From the sequence record DRR378314_2328: 35,186 nucleotides of DNA. One strand, written 5' to 3'. The notes under the pieces were generated by a model. That model was not told where the DNA came from, did no database searches, and worked only from the letters and a program-made list of their open reading frames with translations. Below, piece by piece: positions 19,426 to 28,000 of the stretch; positions within the stretch are counted from its first letter, which is position 1; the number at the start of each line of letters is the position of its first letter. Position numbers and translations under genes: made by a program.

Positions 19426-20124
19426 TTAGGCGGGATCGAAGATGTTAGCGCTATTGGTCACCAGCCGGTAACCCAGTGAACGGATCGTCGAAACCGATAC
19501 CTTGTCACCAAAACTATCCGACAGCTTCTTGCGCAATTTCGCGACATGAACATCAAACTTACGATCACCATACCGCCATGGCCGCGCATCCACAGCCAGA
19601 CTTAACGCATCCCGGCTGACGGTTTCACCGTCATGCGCATACAAGACATGCATCACCTGCGCTTCGGAGATTGTCAGTCCGGCACGGTCCGCAATATAGG
19701 CCTGTGCATCCCAACTTCCGTCATCCGCCTGCAACAGCTCGGTGTTGAGCGGGAAATCAAGGCGCACAAACAAACGTACGGCCAGTTCACGAAGGCTGCA
19801 CGGCCAGGCAACAACATCATTTGCACCGGCAAAAAACGCCTGAACGCAAAATTCATCCCGATCGGAACCAAGAACAATAATGACCGGAGAAGATGCCGCG
19901 CCCCTCGCGAGGCGTATAAGCTCAAGCGCGTCATCTTCCATCCCCGGCAGATGCACGATAACCGCATCGATATCGGCATTCTTCGACAGTATCTCTTCTG
20001 CAGCCGCCCCATCCTCTACCGCCTCAAAGTCATGCTTCAACACAACTGACGCAAGGTAACTCAGCGGGTTTTTCAATCCACTTTCGCTGCTCACCAAAAG
20101 AGAGGTCGGCTTTCTATGAGACAC
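19426..20124 (-). CDS. OmpR/PhoB-type winged-helix regulator with degenerate (pseudo-)receiver domain
   Basis: Trans_reg_C motifs LT.SE..V...L....GE.VSRD.L, DR.FDVHVAKLRKKL, TIRSLGYRL. Receiver fold recognisable (AGANDVV) but phospho-site residues are missing. GTG start inferred. Confidence 0.88.
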   Translation of the reverse strand: MSHRKPTSLLVSSESGLKNPLSYLASVVLKHDFEAVEDGAAAEEILSKNADIDAVIVHLPGMEDDALELIRLARGAASSPVIIVLGSDRDEFCVQAFFAGANDVVAWPCSLRELAVRLFVRLDFPLNTELLQADDGSWDAQAYIADRAGLTISEAQVMHVLYAHDGETVSRDALSLAVDARPWRYGDRKFDVHVAKLRKKLSDSFGDKVSVSTIRSLGYRLVTNSANIFDPA

Positions 20125-20527
20125 TGGGGCACCCGTTAACTGGCGATAAGAAGTACAGCAACAAGGCAACTCGAGAATCGGAACACTCCTACATACAGCT
20201 ACAAAGTAACATCAAACTCAATTCTTTTTGATTAGTTTTTTCAATAACATCACTATCCTTCTCTATCGCGCTCACTTGATTATCGTTAGGGGTCGACAAG
20301 AATGCCCGTTAAAGGATAACAAGAGTGTTGCCGAATATTTAGACAGAACAGATTATCATTTTTGACCCACCAGCAAATTCAAACAAAGGATATCCCGACC
20401 AAGTGAACGCTACACGGCTTGTCCTTGGGAAATTTTCAAAAAGAAACCGTCCGTTAACTTTCGTGACTACATAATGAATGTCACGGTCGCAGAAGCACCT
20501 GATCGGACCTGGAATCTAGGTAGACTT

Positions 20528-20728
20528 ATGACAAATGTTACAAACAGCCCGCGTGACATCGCACTTGCCGCTGCGCAACGCCTTAAGGCTTTTATCTCGC
20601 ATGGCAAAGACGACATATACCTTCAGCAGGCAATGCGCAGCGCTCATTTGGTAGTGATGCAGTCCGGGATATTGACCGACGAAGATGAACGTCACATTGG
20701 AATGAACGAGAATTTTACCATCCACTAG
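20528..20728 (+). CDS. Small hypothetical protein (~66-84 aa)
   Basis: Only protein-like ORF in the ~900-bp gap between the regulator and mucR; amphipathic helical pattern; start uncertain (20474 or 20528). Confidence 0.45.
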   Translation: MTNVTNSPRDIALAAAQRLKAFISHGKDDIYLQQAMRSAHLVVMQSGILTDEDERHIGMNENFTIH

Positions 20729-21020
20729 ACCGGTAGGCTGCCTGACAGGTGACCGATTTGACCGCAGCACCGGATGTGTGACTTGGGGTGGGACGTACAC
20801 TGCAGGAAAACGCCCCGCTTCTTTCAATCGGAAGAGGTGACAAGGAAAAAGCCTGTTCATTGCCAAAAACATAGGCGGATTAAGGCGCTATATTTAGACT
20901 GTTCTTGACATATCCAAATTTTATGCAGAAAGATCCTTCGGAAGCGCGAAGGCCACTCATCTAAAACTCTTCAACTTGCCCCACGTCAAATGGGCGAATT
21001 GATCAGCAGAGAGCAAGCAA

Positions 21021-21482
21021 ATGGAAGATAAAAACGCCATGTTGGTATCTGATGCAACATTTAGCATTCTTTCCAGTTTCGCGTCCCGGGAAAACGCAAC
21101 CGTTGAAGACGTGTTAGCCCTTGCGAGCAAGCTGCCCGCTGTCCTTGGAGGACGCGAACAACCCGCCACTGCACTTGCGCAGATCGTCAGCAGTAAACCC
21201 CACGAAACCGTTCGGCCAGCGGTCGCGATTGATCAATCGGTTTCTGATGACACGGTGACCTGCCTATGCTGTGGCAAATCCTTTACCATGCTTAAACGCC
21301 ACCTTAAGGCAGAGCATGGGCTGTCAGAACATGAATATCGCACGATGTTTGGACTGGACGAGGACCACCTTTTGGTTGCCCCCAACTACTCCATCCGCAA
21401 GGCGGAATATGCCAAGCGCATCGGCCTCGGGAAATATGCCCGCGAAGATTCACCATCACAGGGCGCGGCACCGACCCTTTGA
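21021..21482 (+). CDS. mucR: MucR/Ros-family zinc-finger transcriptional regulator
   Basis: PAV.I..SV.DD...CL.CGK.F..LKRHL...HGL...EYR..FGL......VAPNYS.R....AK.IGLG. Confidence 0.93.
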   Translation: MEDKNAMLVSDATFSILSSFASRENATVEDVLALASKLPAVLGGREQPATALAQIVSSKPHETVRPAVAIDQSVSDDTVTCLCCGKSFTMLKRHLKAEHGLSEHEYRTMFGLDEDHLLVAPNYSIRKAEYAKRIGLGKYAREDSPSQGAAPTL

Positions 21483-21521
21483 GCGCGCCGACTGCCTTGG
21501 AATTGCCACAATTCAGCCCTG

Positions 21522-21537
21522 TTAAACCCTTGTTCAC
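21522..21537 (+). promoter_or_regulatory. Degenerate CtrA box upstream of motB
   Basis: TTAA-acccttg-TTCAC (one mismatch), followed 10 bp later by a -10-like TAGCTT. Confidence 0.55.
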
Positions 21538-21621
21538 CCTTGATACCTAGCTTCAACACGGGGTAGCAGAAGCACCTCCGTAAAACGACCGATACAAACT
21601 CGGCGTTACGAGGCAGAGCAC

Positions 21622-22800
21622 ATGGCAGCGAACACGCAGCCCAAGATTTTTAAGAAATACGAAATCGTTGAAGGTGGCGGCCACCATGGTGGCGGCTGGA
21701 AGGTGGCCTATGCCGACTTCATGACCGCGATGATGGCATTTTTCCTGTTGATGTGGATTCTGGCCAGCTCAGACGAGCAAAAATTGCGCGGCATTGCGGA
21801 GTATTTCACCAACGCCACGATGCCCGGCGGTATCGGGCTATTGGATGGATCGACACTTGGCCCGCCCGGCACCCTGACTGCGTCAAACGGCAGTGTTGTG
21901 GCACGTGGTTCCGAACTGGGGAAAATTGATGATCCCGCTCCTGCCAGATGGGAAGTGCGCGACACAACTGTAACTTCAGACCCGAGTGAAAAAGTACCGG
22001 GAACCCACGAAGGGGCACATGAAGCTCCTGCCGCTTCCGACGTGAGTGACGCAAAATTGCGGGCGGGCGATGCCGACGGGAACCCTGCAGCGGCTGATGC
22101 GAATGACGCGAAAAAAACCGCCGGTGCCACTGACACTGCCAGCGACGCGGCACATGCATTGGACCAAGAGAAGTTCAAACAGCTTCAGAATGAAATCTTG
22201 CAGGCGATGCAGGATAATCCAGATCTTGATCCGTTGAAGCAGAACGTGATTTTTGAACAGACACCGGAAGGGCTTCATATCCAGATCATTGATCAAGAAG
22301 GCAAACCGATGTTCCAAAGCGGTCGCGCCGAGATGGCCGGCGCAACCGATGTATTGCTCAGCAACCTGGGCACATCGCTTGCCTCGCTTCCCAACCCTAT
22401 TGTTCTGTCAGGTCACACAGATGCCATCCGCTTTGCCGACAGCTCCAAATACGACAATTGGGATCTCTCTTCTGATCGCGCCAATGCCACCCGCCGTGTT
22501 TTCGAAGCGTCTGGCGTATCACGGGATCGGATCATCCGGGTCTCGGGTATGGCCGATACTCAACTTCTGGTGCCTGAACGCCCAACGGACCCCTCCAATC
22601 GTCGGATCTCAATCATGGTTCGCTATCAAGAACCCACTCAGCCTTCTGCCCCCTCCACCAAGGAAGCCGAAATTGCGCCGCAGCAAATGCCAACAAAAGA
22701 GATGAACACCAATGAAGTAAAACAGGCAGAGCTTGCACCGCCCCCGGTCGCCCCCATTGGCGAGCAGGTATTCCAGAACCTGCGCAATGCCCTGCGTTAA
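21622..22800 (+). CDS. motB: Flagellar stator protein MotB
   Basis: HHGGGWKVAYADFMTAMMAFFLLMWIL plug/TM with the proton-binding Asp; OmpA-like domain GHTDA...NWDLS.DRANA.RR...NRRI.I. Confidence 0.97.
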   Translation: MAANTQPKIFKKYEIVEGGGHHGGGWKVAYADFMTAMMAFFLLMWILASSDEQKLRGIAEYFTNATMPGGIGLLDGSTLGPPGTLTASNGSVVARGSELGKIDDPAPARWEVRDTTVTSDPSEKVPGTHEGAHEAPAASDVSDAKLRAGDADGNPAAADANDAKKTAGATDTASDAAHALDQEKFKQLQNEILQAMQDNPDLDPLKQNVIFEQTPEGLHIQIIDQEGKPMFQSGRAEMAGATDVLLSNLGTSLASLPNPIVLSGHTDAIRFADSSKYDNWDLSSDRANATRRVFEASGVSRDRIIRVSGMADTQLLVPERPTDPSNRRISIMVRYQEPTQPSAPSTKEAEIAPQQMPTKEMNTNEVKQAELAPPPVAPIGEQVFQNLRNALR

Positions 22801-23474
22801 GAGGCGGCGGCGAACATCCCGTCTCTGGCTGTCCGCACACTTGCGAACTTCGGCCGCCGCGTACCCTCTGCTGACTTGCGCAGAAACTCAGGCAACAGCG
22901 GGCTCAGTTCGTTCTCTGCATGAGGCATCGGCACCTGAGTATTATGCACCTCACGCGGTGGCATCTGGGGTTTTTGCGTCTGAACCTGCTGTATCTGGGC
23001 CCGCTGCATCTGAGGCTGTGGCACGATATGCGGACGCACCATCATGACCGGTGCCGCAGGTTCTCTCGGTTTCACCTCAGCGGCAGGCCGGTCCAGCCCA
23101 AGGATAACATAAGGGTCCAAACCTTCTTCAAGCGCGTAGGTATAGTTGATCGCATAATCGATCGCCTCGTCCAGCAGATCAGGATCAGAAGCAACCAAAG
23201 CCATCAGGCGCCGTTCATCCGAATAGAGAAAGCTCCGGGTCTCGAAGCCGCGCACCTTGGGGACAAAGCAAACATCGTTGCTGTCGACACCCAGCATATC
23301 CAACAACCTCTTGGGCATCGCGGCACGTTCGTCCCGGCGAAACACCACCATGCTGCAATCCCCATCGCGCGTCAGACAGGCCGCCAGACAAATGTGATCC
23401 GGCCATGCGGAAAAAACATGCTTGATGTCATCAGCGTCTATGAGAACGACCAAAATACTTGACGTGTCGGTCAT
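22797..23474 (-). CDS. Hypothetical protein (225 aa; globular N-terminus, Pro/Gln-rich tail)
   Basis: ATG with GGAGG RBS; convergent with motB (4-bp overlap); no family recognised. Confidence 0.8.
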   Translation of the reverse strand: MTDTSSILVVLIDADDIKHVFSAWPDHICLAACLTRDGDCSMVVFRRDERAAMPKRLLDMLGVDSNDVCFVPKVRGFETRSFLYSDERRLMALVASDPDLLDEAIDYAINYTYALEEGLDPYVILGLDRPAAEVKPREPAAPVMMVRPHIVPQPQMQRAQIQQVQTQKPQMPPREVHNTQVPMPHAENELSPLLPEFLRKSAEGTRRPKFASVRTARDGMFAAAS

Positions 23475-23565
23475 GCAACAGGGCCTCCAAGTTAAAATTA
23501 GACATGCCTAAACATGAATGCACACTCGGAAAGTGTCAACTATATTTGATATGGATAATTTATAC

Positions 23566-23581
23566 TTAACAACCTATCAAC
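23566..23581 (+). promoter_or_regulatory. Degenerate CtrA box upstream of motA
   Basis: TTAA-caaccta-TCAAC (one mismatch), directly followed by TATCCTTGAGT. Confidence 0.5.
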
Positions 23582-23644
23582 TATCCTTGAGTTTTGCTGA
23601 AAAATAGGGCTAAGATTCATGGAAAATGGACGGACGGGCGTAAT

Positions 23645-24514
23645 ATGACAATTCTTCTGGGCTTTATCCTCATCCTGGGCATGGTCTTTGGCGGCTACAT
23701 GCTTTCCGGCGGTGAAATGGGCATCATCATGCATGCCCTTCCCTTTGAGGGTATGATGATTGGCGGCGCTGCTTTGGGATCGTTCATCGCTGCGAACTCC
23801 TTCGCCAACCTCAAGGGCGCAGGCAAGGGCCTGCTCAAGGCAATGAAGGGCCCGAAATGGAAACCCGCAGATTACATTGATCTGCTGAACCTGATGTACA
23901 CCCTAGCCCGTATGTATCAGCAAAACGGCATTCTATCCTTGGATGAACATATCGAAAACCCAATGGAAAGCTCGATTTTCTCGCAATATCCGAAGATCCA
24001 GAAAGACCATTTTGCAATCGACCTGATCACCGACAGCTTTCGCATGCTGGCCCTGCAATTCGACGACCCCTATCAGGCGGAGGATGTGATCAACCGCAAG
24101 CTCAAGAAACATCATCATGAAGCACTTGTGGCCCCCCATGGGCTGACAACCGTTTCCGACGCCCTGCCCGCGATTGGCATTGTTGCTGCGGTTCTGGGGG
24201 TTATCAAAACCATGTCCTCAATTGATAAACCGCCGGCTGTTCTTGGTGCGATGATCGGTGGCGCGCTTGTCGGCACGTTTCTTGGGGTTTTCCTTGCCTA
24301 TTGTTTTGTCTCTCCCGTCGCCAACCGGCTTCAGGCAATTGAGGATCAGGATGGCATCTATTACGGCGTGATCCGCGACATCTTCATCGCGATCCTGCAC
24401 AACCATTCCCCGGCGATCTGCACGGAAATCGGGCGCGGTAACATCCCGACCTCCCTGCAACCCACCTTTTACGAGATGGAAGAAGCCCGCCAGAACCTGC
24501 CAGCAGCTGCCTAA
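23645..24514 (+). CDS. motA: Flagellar stator protein MotA
   Basis: Four TM helices; P.E...IGGAALG, HIENP..S.IF..YP, DALPA.GIVAAVLGVI.TM, GALVGTFLGV...Y. Start at ATG 23645. Confidence 0.97.
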   Translation: MTILLGFILILGMVFGGYMLSGGEMGIIMHALPFEGMMIGGAALGSFIAANSFANLKGAGKGLLKAMKGPKWKPADYIDLLNLMYTLARMYQQNGILSLDEHIENPMESSIFSQYPKIQKDHFAIDLITDSFRMLALQFDDPYQAEDVINRKLKKHHHEALVAPHGLTTVSDALPAIGIVAAVLGVIKTMSSIDKPPAVLGAMIGGALVGTFLGVFLAYCFVSPVANRLQAIEDQDGIYYGVIRDIFIAILHNHSPAICTEIGRGNIPTSLQPTFYEMEEARQNLPAAA

Positions 24515-24517
24515 GAC

Positions 24518-24961
24518 ATGGGCCTGCGCGACCGTCTGGCAGCATTGCACTTGATCGACCGGGTCAAACAGCACGAGATGGAGACCATCGGGGCGTCATT
24601 GGCAGAGTTGCGGGCCACAGAGAAAGCGCTTGAGGATCAGAGTACCAAACTACATGACGACGCCCTGCGTGAAGCGGCTGACAGCACCGAAGACACACGC
24701 ATCTTTCTGCCTGCTTACCTAAATTCAGTCGAGATACGTCAGCAGGGCCTTGCAGAGGAACGTGCAGCGGCTGCCGAACAGGCCGCTTTGGTCGAGGAGC
24801 GGCTGTTTGACGCGTTTCGCGAAACCAAGACAACGGAGCAGATCCTGCAGCGTGTGAAAAAGGAAGTCGCCTTAGAAAGCGCCCGCGCCACTGCCTCACA
24901 GATGGATGATGCCGACCGCGCCTTGTATATGCTGGCGCGGACAGGGCAGTTCACCGGATAG
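24518..24961 (+). CDS. fliJ: FliJ-like flagellar export coiled-coil protein
   Basis: 147-aa helical protein with a YL core, L.DAFRE.K..E.I, and A..MDD near the C-terminus, as in alphaproteobacterial FliJ; follows motA by 3 bp. Confidence 0.65.
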   Translation: MGLRDRLAALHLIDRVKQHEMETIGASLAELRATEKALEDQSTKLHDDALREAADSTEDTRIFLPAYLNSVEIRQQGLAEERAAAAEQAALVEERLFDAFRETKTTEQILQRVKKEVALESARATASQMDDADRALYMLARTGQFTG

Positions 24962-25020
24962 TCAGACCCTATTGTAACGACAACGAGACTGCGGGCTTAC
25001 CTGCTATCGTGCCTGCGCAT

Positions 25021-28000
25021 TCAAACACGACGGCGGGTTTTCCCTCCACCACTGCTTGAGAATTTGGACACAACGCCCTTTCCACTCGCCACACCTGCAA
25101 CGCGTGACACGATCAAAAGCACCGGCCAGTCTGCAGGCAACTTGCCCTTGGCCATTGGGTAAAGGGAAATTGTGGCCCCTTGGTTGTTGACAGAATAATG
25201 CGCAACCAGATCAGGCTGGCGAGAATCCGAAACCGCCGCAAGTTCAGAGATTTCCGAAACAGCCGTAATGTCACAACCTTGGGCCCATACCTTCAATGGG
25301 CTCTCCTTGATCATCGCCATCAAATCCGGCGTTGTACCGTCATCCGTCAAATCCTGGCACACACCCAGCCATTTCTGCACTACTTCCATCAATGCCATGC
25401 CGCGCGTGGTGCTGGTGCTGTTGGGATCTTGGGAATGTCGGCTTTCAATCATGCACAGATCACGGTCGGTGATCTGCCCGTCCGCCAACATATCGGCCAT
25501 GATCCCGCGTTCCGCATCCCCAAACCAGTTTACCGCCAGCGGCATGCCTTCATCGCTACGTCCTTCCACCAGTTGTTGTGGCGTATAGCGCCCCGCGGTC
25601 AGCTCTACTTCCAGCCCTGCGGCGCGTGCCTGTGCCAAAAGACGGGCAGTAACCGTTTCGCCAACATCCTCCAGATCATCATCCGTACTCACCGCCGGAT
25701 CATCAGAAAACCGCACAGGGTTTTCCACATTGCGTGCTGCCTTTGGGATAGACATCACCGTTTCGCCAACCACCACGGGAAGGTCTACAAAAAACTCCGT
25801 GCCGATGCCCTCTTTACTCACAAAGGAAATCTGACCCTTATGTTGTTCAACAATCATCTTCACAATAGAAAGCCCCAAACCGCTGCCGCCTTTTGAGCGT
25901 GTGTCAGAACTGTCTGCTTGCGTGAACTTGTCATACATCGTGGGCTGTGCGTGTTTGGGGATGCCCTCGCCAAAATCACGGATCGAGATGCGCCAGCGTC
26001 CTGCAACTTCTTTCAGGGAGACCACCACTTCCGACCCCGCGTCAGAAAACTTGACCGCATTTGACATCAGGTTATCAATCACCTGCGTCAGACGTTTTGG
26101 GTCCCCATAGGTCAAGGCCGCGCCGTCATGGTCGTCCGGCAACAGGCGCACTGTCACCCCAAACCTGTCAGCACCGAATTTATTGGCGGCCAAAGCCGTG
26201 GACAGCATCTTGCCCAGATCAAAAATCTCCAGCTGGTAATTCATCTTGCCCGCCTCAAAATTTTCAAGGTCGAGGATATCATTGATCATGGTCACCAGAT
26301 TGTCGCAGTTCTTGGCGGCCATATTCACCAGTGAATTCATCTTGGCGGGCATTTCCCCTGCAGCCCCCGAAAGCGCCAAGCCAAGAGACCCCTTGATCGA
26401 CGTCAGCGGCGTGCGCAATTCGTGACTGACTGTCGAGATAAAGGCGGTCTTGGCTCTTTCGATCTCTTTGCGCTCTGAGATATCGCGGTAAATGGCGATC
26501 AAACGCGGTTCTTCCTGATCCGGTTGTGCGTATTCCAGACTGATCTCATAGGTAACGCCAGCCTTGGCGGAGACCTCCCAAGTTGCCCGGCGCTCCGGCC
26601 CCTCTGCCAAGGCGGCACACCTCAGCTTCAACACCTCAAGATCATCCTTGGTAATGAAATTCGCCGCGGTTTTACCGGTCCAGTCTCCCCCCATGCGATT
26701 GGCAATCAGACGTTTGCCAGCCGCTGCATTGACATAAAGGACATCCAATGTCCCGGGACGCAGAACAACAACCTGATCCTGTATCAATTCAAGCGTGTTG
26801 TTAAACCTCTTCTCCGAAACGCCTGCGCGTGTTTTGGTGACATCAGAGGCGACAATGGCAACTTCGCTAAGTTTGTTTGACGTACCGGTGACTGGAATAA
26901 ATGTGCATTGCACCCAGGCAAGCTTGCCGTCCCGCTTGAGCAGTTGCAGCGCTCCCTGCCATGTCGCACCGGCTTTCATCGCGCGCATGATCTGGGATTG
27001 CATCAGCTCTTGATTAGTCTCATCCAGAATGCTTGCCAGAGGGCTGCGCACCAGACTGCTGCGCGTGCGGTCCAGGGCCGAAACAAAATGGTCATTCACA
27101 TGAGAAATCTCACCATCCTTGGTCAACATGCAGAACACCGTATGGTCTTCGATGGCATTGCGGTAAAACTGCTTGGAACGGACTTCCGAATTCAGAACAT
27201 TCTTGCGTGTTTCGGCCAGACGCGCAGTGCGGATAAGCTCTGTCACCAGAAACAAGAGTGACAAAATGATCAACGCGGCCACAGCCAAAGTCGGCCATTT
27301 GTAGTCGCGGTAAATCCTTGCCCCCGCCTGTTGAATATAATTCTCATAAGGGCGTGCATGCAGAGAGATCAGCAAATCATGAACCGGCCGGTAATTCTGC
27401 GGTGCCTGCCAAACAATACCACCTGCTGCCTGTGCTTCGGGACTCTGCGCATCGATAGACAGCAATGTACCGATCAAATGGCCCAATGCGTCATCCGGGA
27501 CGTTGGGCAGCGATCCCATCACCCATTCCGGAAACAAGGGTGTGCTGATCCAAAACGGAAACCCCGGATGCCCACTGGGCGCAACGGGGAGAAAATCCTT
27601 TAGGTCAATTGCACCCTGTTCGGCCAGTCTTTCCAACACACCGGCGCGGATTACCCCAACATCGACCAAGCCGTTCTGCACCGCATAAACCACCTCGCGC
27701 TGGTTGCCGCCGGAAAACAGAAGATCACCACTGATGCTCTCGGGATCAACCCGGTATTTGCGCGCCTCCTGCAACGCCAGCTTCCATCCTGTCAGCTCGT
27801 TCGGATCCATTGCCATGACCCGAAGGCCCGCCAAACCCTCATAGCCAGAGATCGGACGATCACTGCGGGTGAAAACCAAAGCGCCGGTTTGGCTGTAGGT
27901 CCGGTTTTCCCACATATAGGCCATCGATAAAATCGCCCGCGCGCCCTCCTCCACCTCTGCAATCGCAAAAGCTGCGGGATCACTTACAAAGACATCGATT

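Noticed and set aside
3-24961. Absence of hook, ring and che genes, fliA, flgM and fliD as evidence of a defective flagellum
   Set aside because: The cluster is cut at the left edge; many alpha-type systems lack fliA/flgM/fliD, and all visible flagellar ORFs are intact.
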